Assembly: GCA_977030845.1 (NCBI GenBank)
Contig: OZ365113.1
Location: forward strand, 1,612,001-1,676,000
From: Fimbriosthenelais zetlandica
Lineage: Eukaryota
Reading direction: 5' to 3'
Length of the DNA: 64,000 bases
In this document: positions 47,270-60,792 of the stretch, one piece after another
Position numbering within the stretch: position 1 is the stretch's first letter
How the letters are laid out: the number at the start of each line of letters is the position of its first letter
Made by a program: the position numbers and the translations under genes
Notes under the pieces: generated by a model
What the model saw: only the letters and a program-made list of their open reading frames with translations
What the model was told of the DNA's origin: nothing
Database searches by the model: none

Positions 47270-47480
47270 TCTTTTATAGTGCTGCCTCACTGAGGTATCA
47301 CGCCGCAGGCACATGACATGATACCTAACCCAGTCAAATATTATTCTGATACCAGGCTGACATGCCCTTGCTGAATGCCAAGCTGGGGAGCCACTAGTAC
47401 CAATTTTTTTAGTCTTTGGTTTGACCCAGCTGCGTTTTGAACCGAAAACCTTCCACACACGGGGCAGACACTGGTATCTT
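47270..47480 (-). mobile_element. Degenerate tRNA-derived SINE-like element
   Basis: Minus strand reads GGTTCAAAAC...GGGTCAAACCAAAGACTAAAAAATTGGTACT, recalled as a conserved SINE central domain in invertebrates. Family not assigned. Confidence 0.45.
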
Positions 47481-47550
47481 TTGTCATCTTTTGAGTAGCT
47501 CAACTACGGCAAGAAGAAAGGAGCCTCTGATCATTCGCCGAATATTATGT

Positions 47551-48365
47551 CTGTCCTCCACTGCTGCGATTATGCTTGCGACACTTCCGAGACAAGGGTG
47601 ATGCTGGTGTCGCAATAAAATGAATATAATTATTAAGGTCCAAGTGTCCAAGGCCGAGGCCGTCCTCCACTGGTACATTTTTCGAAACAAACAACACCTT
47701 TATCCCAGTGGTTTTCGCAAGCAAAATCGCAGCAGTGGAGTACGGACTTTATATGAAATGTTACAAGTATTACAAGACAGAAATCCCTATAGTAGAGTAC
47801 AACAGGTGTGATGGGAAGATCAAAGGGAGGCCGTATCCAAGGCCTGGTACAGTGGGCTAATATGATTATTTCAAAATGTCGCCACGGGCTAAAATATCCA
47901 CAAAGGTGAATTTCACGGTTCTTATATGATCAATGTGTAGTGTAATGTAATGTACAAGGTATAGGATCTGCAACAGATGGAGAGAGGGGTAGAGGGTATA
48001 TCATAATGTTCATACATCAATGTATTATTATTCAGTGGTATGGTTATTCATATGAAATGTATATAGGGCCATATCTGAAAGGGTCTGTATAAGGATATCT
48101 AAATAAGGACTCAATAAGGTGATCTACTGAAAAGGGCCTCTTAGGGGGAATTTATTTGATGACAATTTACTTAGAAATAAGTATTGTTCTCTGTACTGTA
48201 CCTTCGTCGAATAACTGTGGCAAGCAAAATCACAGTAGTGCATGGAGGAAACCCTTTATGCAACGACCTCATTATGGTGCCCACTTGGGCCACAATTTAT
48301 AAATTTTATTGCGACACAAGCATCACCTTTGTCGCAGTAGTGTCGCAAGCAAATCGCAGCAGTTT
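47551..48365. mobile_element. Further fragments of the MITE-like family (47551-47738, 48207-48365)
   Basis: CTGTCCTCCACTGCTGCGATT, AAGGCCGAGGCCGTCCTCCACTG and GCAAATCGCAGCAG motifs. Confidence 0.55.
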
Positions 48366-50779
48366 GAACACTAGACAGGCTTTATAGTGTGAACACAGTA
48401 TCATTGCTGGGTGTGGAGCATTAGAGCAGGGACTAATTCATGATTATTAAGCAGTAAGATGGAGAGAGAGGGAGGTCTGTCTACTAATCCACCTCTTTCT
48501 TCACCGTGGATAATCAGGGATTAGCTCGCTTTATTACTGCATGTCCATAGATTATAGAGGAATATGTGAGGGACACGCTAGTCAGCTATGATTACCACCT
48601 TCAGAGCTTGGTGTGGGGGTAGGGGGGGGGGGGGGGTGATGGGGAGGGGAGGTGGGGTGGTGCACATTCAGGTCTAGATATTGAGGGGCGGAGAAAATAT
48701 TTGTGTAGCAAAATTTCAGAAAATTTTTGGAGGAAGGGGAGGTGCCATGCCCTGTGTACAAAAGATTCTAGGGAGAAAAAATATTCATTGAAGGTGTTAG
48801 GGGGATCGGGACACCTTATAGATGCATCCCTACAGCAGATCACAGCCCAGATACCACAGGAGGCAATGATAATGACATTGTGTTGCAAACACATTCCTGT
48901 AGCTGCTGAATCTGATGTTGCAACACTTCATAGCCTAGAGACTGAGAGCAACATCTAACAGTTGGTCAATAGGTAGGTTCAACTACAACTGCAACATCAA
49001 CAGCAAACATGCAACACCAACAGCAAACATGCAACACCAATAGCAAATAATGGAACTGCAACAGTTAGAATTTAGCAGAGATAGTACCTAGAAATAGTAT
49101 TCAGAAATAGCTATATGTTCCATGGGTCAATGCCCACAATTTATTGCCCCTATATAGGAACTAGGCAGGCTGCCTTCCACGCGTTTAGAAACTGTATCTG
49201 ACACCCTCTCAAAGCAGCGATTCTTTTGCCTTGCGATTGTTGCGATTTTGTTACAGAAAATCCAGTGGAACTACCCCCTCAGAGAGTGGCCGGCCGTTAG
49301 GTGGTTAATATCCTAAGATACTTAATGCACCAAGATGGAGCGTTAGGCTATTAAGTGATGAGTGTTAGGTGCATTAGAATGTTAAGATTGATTGGTGCAT
49401 TATGATATTCTGACCTAGCGACGACCTTGGATCAGGGATCGTCATGGATAGAGCATCAATGTCATTACGACACTAATATTAATGACACCACCTCTCAGAC
49501 GCCCCACTCCCAGCTTATTCTCGCGTGGTAAAATCAATGGGTCATCCCTTAATGGTTGCTGGTCATCCGAGGTGACTGACCACTTCAAGTGACCTTCAGG
49601 ACGGGTCAAGGGCAGCGGTCAAGGTCATGCGCGTTCATGCGTGACGTCAGTAACGTCGTATGTAACACCAGGAGGAGTTATCGCAGGGAGAACATTCCCG
49701 TGACAGCGCCACGGTACCCGGATGACACATAGCGTCTGACGGCCTCCCAGAGTGCAGTTCGAGATTTGTAGGATGATTTCCGGGTCACGGGGTCATGATG
49801 GGAGGTCCGTGACAGGTCTGGGAGGTTGTGATAAGATCACCACCACACACCCCCTGGTGGTAAGGGTGGGGGAAGAGATAAATGGGGGCAGTATGTGGTA
49901 GGTGGCGGCGGTAGGTGGGACGGGGGGGGGGGGGGGGCGGTGGTGGTGGGGTTTACGGCATTGGTGATAAGCACTATAAGAGGTAGTAGATGGTCTGGGA
50001 TGCAGGGACCACCCATCCCTTCCCCGAGCCTTACAAAGGCAGTAGACGGTCATTGTGAAAGATCAGTGAAAGAGCCACTTTATTTGATTCAGATTGTGGG
50101 AAAGATCAGTGAAAGAGGCACTTTAATTGATTCAGATTGTGGGAAAGATCAGTGAAAGAATCGCTTTAAATATTCTGCATTGAGGGGTACAATGGAAAGA
50201 TACAAGAGAACAACTGTAAAATAGGCTGGGCCAGCCTATAGGCTATAAACATAGTAAATATTCTGTATTGAGGGGTACAATGGAAAGATACAAAGGACCG
50301 GGACAAAGGAGGAGGACAACTCTAAAATGGGCTAGGCCAGCCTATATTTACTATGTTTCATATGTAAGAGTGCATCTCCACTCCAGGTTTCTGATTTCCG
50401 TTGGTCATACCTACTAGGAGGAGGAACCACTTCGGATCGGGAACAAACCTGGTCCAAATCAGACTGTACATATAGCTATAACAGCTAAAAACAGCCTGTA
50501 TATAACAGCTAAGAACATCTGTGTCTATACTATCCCGAATCACAATTTGACCAAAATCGGGACTGTGGACATTTAAAGTTTTTAAAATGACTCTAAATCA
50601 TAATTGCATTTAAATTCTGAGAGTCAAACAATGGAATAAAGGACTGCTGACTTCTGCTTTCAGAGGTAGGCTAACTCCATCCAGGAGCTAATTCTTAGAT
50701 TTCTTTTCGCATACAATATTGATGACACTAGAATAATTTGTGACAATGGCGCTTGATTTGGTTGGAAGAAGACCTTTCA

Positions 50780-50930
50780 TTCATAAGGGGCGCGAAGCAA
50801 TCTCCTTATGTCAATAGAACAAAGCCTCAGCCAATCAGACGCCGGCAGGATATGACGTCTACCGTCACGTGACATTGGCATTCCACAGGCGCCACTTGAG
50901 CCATCCAATGTGCTCCGGAACCGGATATTG
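50780..50930. promoter_or_regulatory. Promoter/enhancer-like motif cluster
   Basis: CCAATCAG, ATGACGTC, TCACGTGA, ATTGG and CCAAT within 150 bp in a CpG-rich patch. Confidence 0.35.
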
Positions 50931-53900
50931 AACGTGCAGGATTGTGGGTAATTAAGATCGGGCCACTTTTGCTGAGTACTTTTTCAGATTTTATTCACAC
51001 TGGGCATGGTTTATACAGTGAGGAGGAGGAGGGGGTGAGAGGGAGAAAGGTGACAAAGCTCAGTCCTGGGGTCTGTTACAAAGACCAGCCCCATAGATGT
51101 TATATTCATACGATAATCAAGGGCTGGCTAAGGGGGGTTCAGGGGGTTCGGTCGAACCCCACTTTTTGTCTCAAAATATAAAAAGATTCAGGAAATTTGG
51201 GAAGTAACGTCCTTTCGTACACTGTACCACATAGAGAGAATGTCCAGGTCCACGGTTCCAGGTTTTGGAAGCCCACTAAAAAGGTCCATCAAAGATTCTA
51301 GCTACGACCCTGCTAATGAAGCATAGTGTTGTAGGAGACACTTTCAGTGACTACTGTTGATGTTTGGGGATTCATTTACCTCCCTATCTTTCCCATAGCC
51401 CTACAGTCTCCACTCTACAGGAGTGTTAGACCTAGTTCCCACCAGATCCACTTGGAGCGCTACTGGTCTCTCCACTAACATCTATAGCTATATAGCTATA
51501 GGATCCGTTTCATAATAGAAAAGAGAGTTTATGAAACGGCACTCAGAACTCGGAAAGAGAGGCAAAGGCTACCTAAGCTTGGCTTTGCTATGGTATAACT
51601 CAAAGGTTAAGAGTTAATTTATTTTAAAGGTAAAAATAACAAATATTGAAAACAAACATCTTCGTTTAGCTATAAAATATTCTAACTTTATTCCAAAACT
51701 CTCTACGAAAACTATAACAAGTATCGTGTATACATTTTATAACAGTAGAAAAGGATGACCTTCCTCATATTGTAAATGTTACAGTCTGCCGAGATGAGGC
51801 GCCGCAAAGCCTCCATCTAATTATTAATATTAAATGACTCTTTACTTCGTTGTACTGCACCATTTTCTATCCCTATACACAATTTATTGCTAAGAATAAA
51901 ACCATTAAATTGGTTTTTATTTAGTTGTGACCACATATGGGCGAAGGAAATCAAATTGTTTGAAAGGACAATGAAAGTATGCATTGTCGCAAATATAGAT
52001 GCATTGTCGCAAAATTATGTTTTGAAAATATCTGTGCATACTTCACAAAACTGACCCAATAAATAGAAATGTGGAGGACACTCTTGTGCATAAATAAACA
52101 TTACATTTAGATATGTATTCTTGTAACATCAGTGTAAAATGCATTTTGAACTTAACAGACATAGATAATCTAATATGCTTCATAAATAAAGCGGCTCTGT
52201 CACTAAGCAGCAATGAGCGGTAAACTTCCCACTTATGTTAAGTCTGTGCGACCTAGATCCAAACCGTTTGACCTAATTTATAGGTCAGGCATTGGCTGGA
52301 ACAAGTTGCTCAGGTCTTAAAAGTTTAGTCACACCCTAAGTTGCTGCCGGGATTAAGGGCAGTGGAGAAGGTATGACTCTTGACACAAAAGCATATCAAT
52401 GATAGAGCTGCTTTAAATAATTTAAATAAACAAACATGTAATAAATTAATTATACATCAACACAACCGGTGGGGCTTTATATTATAAATAGTCCTAATAT
52501 TCAAAATAAGGGCGTTAAGAAAAATCATTTTGATACAACCCACAATAGATATGTGACTAGAATCGGGTAAATAAATTCATAATTTATACACATATTGTAC
52601 TTGGTACCAGACCTTTTCGTAATAAATATTTTTGTAAAATAATAAATTTGCATGACTAGACAATTGAGTATATGTCCACAGTGTTAAACCAATACAGATA
52701 CAGTCTGATTCTAATCATATACATCATTCCTGCATAACTAATCAAATAGTATTAAAATTACAATTAATTACCATAAATTAATCTAAGCAACTACATAAAA
52801 TATGATAGAAAAATCGATAGACAAAATCCATCCAGACTAGTGACACATATATCCCTGATTTAGACTAAATGAAATTATTCAGATCAAAGTTTCTGAATTA
52901 AATCTTTGCTTCAGTTTGTGAAGAGTCACAATAATTGTTCTATATTTTGGCATCTGAATACATGTAATGCTTTTTAATCATTTTTGGTATAATTTCGGTA
53001 ACTCGCAGTACCACAAACATTCTATGGTATCGCAGCTATCAAGTAGATCTTTACTATATACATTATATACCACATAAAGGATGAAGAAAGTTTTAAAGAT
53101 TGTCTATTATACTTGCATCTACAAGCGGATATCCCTCTATAACTGTATGTAGATATCAGGCTGAAAGAAATCTACAATTAAGTAATTCATTCTAAGCCTA
53201 AATTTGCTTAGATTTCCCACCCGATGGACGTCTATTTTACTCTAAATGATTGCTGTAAATACCCAGTGATTACCCTATGGTCTATGGCAGTACAGTCCTA
53301 TCATTTAAAGTGGAAGTGGACTGTTTTATATGTGACCTATTTAACTTTAGTTCACTGAGAAACACACAAGGTGGCGCCTACAGAAAGGAGCTCTCTGATT
53401 GGCTGAATGAGACACCTTGTACATTCATAAAGAGATCAAGAAATGCCCGGAAACGAGAGAAACAGGAGAGTACTGCTCTTGAGCCGACACTAGTGACACT
53501 TTGGGCCATATTTAGCCCAGAGACTTAGCGTTGAAACGTGTAGCGCAACTTTGTTGAAACCGTAAACAAATATTGTGAAACAGTGGACATTGAGACATCT
53601 CAGTACAGACGTTTAACTTATCTCTTTTCAACTGTGACTTTATCTCCTGTGAGATGTATGTGAAGTGAGTATAGGCAACATTTAAAAAAAAAAAATTTCT
53701 GAAAACTTGTTTTGAAAACCTTACAATTCAATCTTTTGGCAACCACCTTACATATCCTTACCTTACATTAATATAGACATTTAATATCTGTATTTGGCTT
53801 TAGATTTTGGCTTACAATTTATATTTTTTAAATTATGTTAATGAAATTAAAATTTGACATGTATACATGATTTTGTTTGGCATGGATTTCGGGACGGTTG

Positions 53901-56087
53901 ATGTGGAGTTAGTTTTCATTTTTCATCCATGGAATAGTTAGATCAGACACCACATATTGCTGCTACGTTTGGTGACTCAGTCACAGATATGGGACAGATG
54001 AAAGGACAGGGGATAGTGGACAGAGGGGACAGATATGCTTGGAGGTCAACAGGCATAAACGTGCATATCACATCATGTATCAGAACTCCATCTTAGTGTG
54101 GTAAATCCTGGAACACACTAATCCCATTCTCCAATCCGTCGCCATCCAAACCCCCATTTTTAATGGGACACAATGATTGAAATTTTGTCAGTGGCTGTTA
54201 GCCTTACCCAGGTGTAATTTTATCTCTGATGTTATTAAATTTTCAGTCAAACATGAGCGATTGAACCACAAACAACTGATACTTGTGAAGTATCTAAATT
54301 CTCAGGAAGAAAATCAAATCACGTTTTGAATTAAATGAGAATTATTGAAGAGACAAGAAATGTTAAAACCCCTAATATCGCTCAGGACCACTTTTGGAGG
54401 TAATTTTATGTTACAATCCTAGACCCCCCTTCTTCTAAGGATAAATCTAAGGCAATTTTGTGAACAATAATTAATTTTCTATAAAAATGAGATCCTGAAA
54501 TTATGTTGCTGGGTTTGGTTCATGTATAAAATGAAGGACATAGGTGAAGGTAAATATCTATCGTTTATCGTGACTTTTGCAACTATTTTTCTGTATAATA
54601 AAATCATGTTCAGGGAAACGAGCTTTTATGGGAACTTTGAAATAAAAGAAACATTTCGTCTAACTGTCTTTCTTAATCTTTTCTTCCTCAAACCTAACTT
54701 CCTGATATGAATACATGTATTACTTTTTTGATCGTTGGGTTACTTAGGTCATTTTGTAGATAATAATATGTATTTAGATCATTATTTGGGTCATTAAGCG
54801 AATTATATAGGTCAATCAATAGATTTAGGTCATAATTTGATGACGCAATTCCATGACCTTTTTTCCCATGTGTCATAATGAATCCAACGGCAATGGCAAA
54901 AAATATTCTCGAGTATTCTTTCCAAAATAATTGTTAAATCTGATTAACAAGTATTAGGATGGAAGTTCATGATTTAGACATTTTGGAGGGCATGTGGAAT
55001 CTTAAACTTTTCATCAATTGAACGTATTATATATAGAGCATGTCTAACGTTAAAACTGGGCAATGATGGAACATGGATAAGCACAACAATGCATCAACTC
55101 TTCTCTCTTAATAAATACGTTAAGCTATCACACCAATATAGAGATGGTTTACCCTAGTATTAAACCTAGGACGAGGATATCACCAACTTTCTGATAAAAT
55201 TGCATTCAATCTATGAATCTAGCACCTAGAATTGTTATTATACCATCTCATATTCTCTATATAGCTATGGTCAAGTATATGTAAAACGCTTGATAACGTT
55301 GAAAAATCACTCTAAGTATTGCTATATCTTATTATCGTAGAGAATATGAATTTATCCTATAATAATTATCAGAAATATTTAAAGATTAATCTGACAATTT
55401 ACAATAATGTCAAAAACATTGCTTGATTTGTTTTCAATATTGCAGGCAATTACTAATTATTGCTGTAACTTTTCATTTTGGTTTTGCAATTTATACACAA
55501 TTTTTGGATCAGAAACACCTTAATTTCCATAGCAAAATACCATTTGTTTGTGAAGAAACATGTACTGACTAGTAAGTTTGTCGCATGTTTATGCAACACC
55601 TTTTCAGGTAGATATGATGGGTCGACACTTATTGCTGTTTTGGCGGATTTTGAATTAACATCATTATTGCTTTCATAGACAAAAACATTGCTTTGCAGAC
55701 ATTTCCAACATCATTTTTGGACAACTTTCTGATACGTTGGTCTGCCCCACAGACATTGCAAGGACAGAACTGTAGACATTGATATCCATAATTATTGCAT
55801 ATATGTTCAATGTTGACTTTTGTCGAAGACAACTTCCAATGAAGTGAAGGCATCTAAATCACAATGGTATAACTAGAACAGTCGCTGTGTGACCGAACTC
55901 TTCAACTGATTCTTCTACGCAGTTAATATGACAAGTTCCAGCTTATCTTTTCCTGTTTTATTATTATTTAACAGGTGTCGCTGAAGAGAAGCAACGATGG
56001 TTCTGTCTATAACATCACTGAACTATTTGTCATCATTCTGAGTATATATATATATATATATAAGTATGTGAGCGCTGAGGTTGGACA

Positions 56088-56246
56088 CCTTGAGGTCATG
56101 TAGAAGTCATTCACTGACCTTAGCTGACCTTGAGGTCATGTAGAGGTCATTCACTGACCTTAGCTGACTTGAGGTCATTTAGAGGTCATTCTCTGACCTT
56201 TATTGACCTTGAGGTCATTTAGAGGTCATTCACTGACCTTTGACCT
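56088..56246. repeat. ~40 bp tandem repeat made of AGGTCA/TGACCT half-sites, in the scratch 3' UTR
   Basis: 4 units, 14 perfect half-sites. Confidence 0.92.
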
Positions 56247-57118
56247 TTACATGGAGCCGTGGGAGCTTGTTGACTGCGGGGAGCAGGGAGAATCCTCTGA
56301 CTCTGCATCTTTAAAACACGCCGACTCATAGTGCTTGTTGAGGTAGGACTTGAGAGCGAATGTCTTGTCACATCTCTTACACTTGTAATCTTTATAAGAT
56401 GAGTGGGTCTGCATGTGAGCTCGCAGGTTCGAGCGGTCGGCGAAGGCTTTCCCGCAGTGAGCGCAACCGTAAGGTTTTTCTCCGGAGTGGGACCGCATGT
56501 GGCCCTGTAAGAGCCAGGGTCGGGAGAAGGCCTTTTCACAGATGGGACATTGATGTCGTAAATCGTGGGTGAGTATGTGCATTGACAGAGCCGGCATTGA
56601 CACATACACTTTGGGACAGTGCGGACACTTTTTGGCATTTTTCGAGTCTAGACTGCGGTGTGTTTGCTTGTGTCGGGAGAGGTTGCTCGATGTTGCGTAT
56701 TGCTTGCCGCACTCGTTACAGCTGTATTTAGACCGGCTCTTCTCAACCACAGGCACCACAGGTTCCTCCTTTTTCACGTTCTTTTTCCGGGAGCGTCCGT
56801 CTGTGATGAAGAAGGCATCGTACGTGTAACCTATCGTGACGCCTTCCTGGAAGTTGTTGTCTTTTTTGACGTCTTGGTTTTCGTCGTCGTCGCTGGCGAG
56901 GGAGTGGTTGGAGGCTGGCGAGGCTGGCGAGGCTGGCGACTCGGGAGAAGCTGGCGAGGCTGGGGTAGTGACGAGTGAGAGGGGCTCGTTAGCCTCCTCT
57001 AGCTCCTCTATGTTGGTGACTTGATGTTGTGACTGGATGTCATCCACTATGACTGGTTCTTCTTGGTGGTGAGCGGGGGTGGTGTTGATCTGTGGTGGTG
57101 ACAAGTCCTGGATGTAGC
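56247..57118 (-). CDS. scrt: Scratch-family (Snail superfamily) C2H2 zinc-finger transcription factor, main coding exon
   Basis: Scratch domain YTYDAFFITDGRSR and five fingers (CNECGKQYATSSNLSRHKQTH...FALKSYLNKHYESAC). Acceptor TTCCAG at 57119 gives phase-1 GYIQDL, where vertebrate scratch exon 2 begins as I recall it. Confidence 0.96.
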
Positions 57119-57216
57119 CTGGAATAAAGAGGGTTAAATCTTAAATCTAGGCGTTAGTAGAATTAGTCAACGAGGGGAATAGTTATGGGAAGGGGACTGA
57201 ATGAAGGGGGGAGTGA

Positions 57217-57292
57217 TTGAGTGATTGAGTGAATGAATGAATGAATGAATGAATGAATGAATGAATGAACGAATAAATGAATGAATGAATGA
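57217..57292. repeat. (GAAT)n microsatellite
   Basis: Direct reading. A second (GAAT)n lies at about 61338-61381. Confidence 0.92.
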
Positions 57293-59789
57293 CCAGGCAA
57301 GCCAGCGAGTAGTTGCTTAATATTCAGTCAGAAAATGCATCAGCAGTTCAAGAACATTCTGCTATTTCAACTCAACAAGTTGGGATGCTGAGTCATTGCA
57401 TGGTTCAGGTTGGTTGAATTCCCCAGGAATTTCATCACACTAATTGCAATATTTCTGATACATTGCATTTCTACACCACAGCTTCTTGAGAGTGCTTTAT
57501 CAGGAAAAAAACCCGACAATTTCTCAAGATGTGCACTAAAATATATTAAATATTTATAGACCTTCGAATTAAACTTCAGGGAAACTTCACTGGGAATGAA
57601 CAAGTGTGTTTATGGTGGACTTAATCTGTACCGAGTATCAAGATTACAGTTTTGACAGTCTTGACAATTAGATCCGCCATAATAGGCAGCATATCAATAT
57701 GTAATACATAACAGCCATATGCCAGGTATGATGTCTCCCATTAAGAGCACTTTTTTATATTTTCTCTACATACAAATTGTTAAAACAGTATGATAATCAG
57801 TGAAAATATCATAATCAGGTAGAAATTGAATTGCAAAAATAACCCAAAATCTTAAGTTTAAAATTAAGTGTATACATATGTAAAGGTTTCCTGTACAAAT
57901 AACTGAAACAGACAGTGACCCCCAACTATTTCTTTTCAAAAAGCAAAAGAAACAAAGGTTCCTTTTAACATTAATTCCAAACACAGGTAACTAAGGGGGT
58001 ACAAATTTATAAGGTATAAATACCATCAAAAGCAGGTCACTTTTACCTGAACCATTGCACCTTTCTAGCTTTATTCTTGTGGTTAAGGTCGCATTTCTGA
58101 ATCGACAAAACAGATGGTTGTGTGAGTGAGTGAGTCCTGTATGATTCACTGCCATGACCCGGGAACAACAGGTGGGCGAAAATAGGGGAACGCTAGCATG
58201 ACCCGGTGCCAAGGGGTAATTGGGAATGGGCAGGAGGGGGAGAGAAAAACAAGTACAGGTCCGCTGACCACCTGTTGTTCAGGCTCAATAATCTCTCATA
58301 ATGGATTCCATAAAATAACCCATCAAATATTCAATTCCCAGACAATTATATTGATAATTTGATATTGAAAACACCATGTAACGTGTGGTGGTTAAAATGT
58401 ATTGACAAATGTCATGGCAGATGGAGGCTAAAATTGCTTTCTGTTCTATTTCTATGCTGTAAATGCTGTATTGGAAAATCCCATTAAAAGTCTACTGTTT
58501 CTGGAACTTTTTAATGGTAAAATATAACACAAAATTCTATTTATTCCTTCTATAATTAATCATGTTTAGGATATCAGATGGCGGATCAAGTTACAGATAC
58601 GATAAGACGATTGTCTCTTCACTGATAATAAGAATATTTTTCAATAAGGAAAATTATTTGTAGGAAAAGAAATGGGGATTAATCCTAAGGCTTACCCGTG
58701 ACTACGAACTTTTCCCTTTCTTACGATTTTTCAACAATATTCCCTATAGTTTCATTAAGGAAATTTGGGGTGTTTTTGAGGAAGGGAAATTGAAAATAAT
58801 TTCCTTCAGGTTTTACTATGAATTTTTCATGATGCTGTGACAATAGACTGGACTGAACAGACGCCGGGGGGTCGTGGGGAGGGGGAGGGAGTGGGCGTAG
58901 GGGGGCGGTAGGGCTGCTCCACAGGTTGTAGTCATCAATATAACATAGTCATTCACGCTGACTTCACATATTGTGATAATCACTCCTGACTCAGCCCCTG
59001 GCTTCCATGTAAAATTCATCATACATTCTCTACCGTGGGAAGTCCTTTTTATGTCCTCAAATAGTTTTTCTATGATTAATCCATGGCTTAAAAAAATCCC
59101 CCCCCCCCCCCCCGAAAAAAAAATGGAGCAATATAGACAAAGAGAACCCCTCCTTTTTAAATTGATTTTGTAATGACATAAACCCATCTTTTATTAGGTC
59201 TATCGGTGCATAAAACATTGGTCTAAAAAGTGCTTTACTGACATCTAATTTTCTGATTTTATAGAAATGTACTTTTTTTAAATGAGATTTAATTTCTGAT
59301 GAATGTCACATGTAATTTTGGATTTGACGACTGTCACAAGGACATTCATATTTCTCATCTTTATGTTTTCAGAGACATCTTTCAGAAAACCCATGACCAG
59401 ATGAGCCTTAATGAATTGACTGGCAGATTTTGAAATGACATCCTCAAATCATTTAGTAGTCGAGCTGAGCATAACTAGAATCTGCGGCCAGCAGTCATAG
59501 CGCCTTTCATCAGCTGTGAAAGACACTTTTCTCCCGGACGCGGCGCCATCTCCTTGTCTCGTCAGATCTCGCGTCAACAGACGAGAGTTTGTATCGATCG
59601 AGACGCCGTCTGCTGTAAACACAGCAGGCCCGCAGTGAAAGCAGCAGCAACAGGCCCGCAGTAAATGCCCAGCGAGCCAGAGATTGGTGCGTCCGGCCAT
59701 CACTAGCAAATGGCGGAAGCCTTGATGGGGCCGGGCAATGACCGCATCAATGACGCTTACCATAGGTCAATATGGCTGCTTGACCAGCA

Positions 59790-60110
59790 GTGGTGGGGGG
59801 AGGGGGTGAGATGGGAAAGGTAGAGGGAATGAGGGTGGGGGACGAGGCGAAGACGTGGGGGGTGGGTGCGAGTGAGGGGTGATGGTGAGGACAGGGGTGG
59901 GGTGGGAGATAGGAGAGGGGAGGTGGGGTGAGAGGTAGGAGAGGGGTGGTGGGGTGATAGATACGAGAGGGGTGGTGGGGTGAGAGATAGGAGTAGTGGG
60001 GGTGGGTGGAAGCGGGAGCATGGAAGGGGGAGTTGGGGGTAGGAGTAGGGGGAAAGGAGGGAGGTTAGGAGGAGAGAGGTGGGGGAGGTGATGAGATGGA
60101 TGAGAGTAGT
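59790..60110. repeat. G-rich low-complexity tract
   Basis: Direct reading. Confidence 0.85.
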
Positions 60111-60301
60111 AAACACTTGTCTCTCATGATGTTGACTGTGATCTATTACTGGGTGTGACCATGACCAGGGGTTTTACTGGCATTCATTCCTACAGCAGGG
60201 AACGGGTAGAGGGTCTGGTGGACAGCTAGGCTAGGCCTATACATGGAAAAACCCAGCAGAATACTGTAGTGTTTGTACAACACTTGTTGCTTCATTTTTG
60301 G

Positions 60302-60792
60302 CAATGGTTTCCAGATGACAAGCCCAAATTTCCTATACTACTTATTGTTCAGAAACTTCTAATTAATGATATTGAATAAGAGCTTGCTGCTCTTGATGGT
60401 TCGATCTTAACGGTTCGATATACTTAGAATCGCCATGAATAATAGCCATAGAAGCTAGCATGGTATTAAATCACCATTCATTCATTCCATGGAATCATCA
60501 TTGAAATGGTTTCCTGATTACAATTCCAATTTTCTTATACTACTTACTGTTTCGATTTTGTTTTAAATGGTTCCCAGGTAACAAGCCCATGTTTCATATA
60601 CTACTAACTGTTGTAGAGCATTGGAAAACCCTGATTATAAGCCTAAATTGCCCTTACAACTTAGTGTTGTATTTTTATGGAAATGGTTTTGCTTTCCACA
60701 TTACAAGCCCAAATTTCCTATACTACTACTTACTGTTCTATTTTTATGGAAATGGTTCCCAGATTACAAGCGCAAATTCCTTATACTACTCT
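60302..60792. repeat. Degenerate ~60-65 bp tandem repeat (AATGGTTTCCAGATTACAAGCCCAAATTTCCTATACTACTTACTGTT)
   Basis: About 6 recognisable units. Confidence 0.8.

Noticed and set aside
55629-55853. Cys-rich 74 aa ORF
   Set aside because: No consistent zinc-finger spacing; probably chance or a transposon remnant
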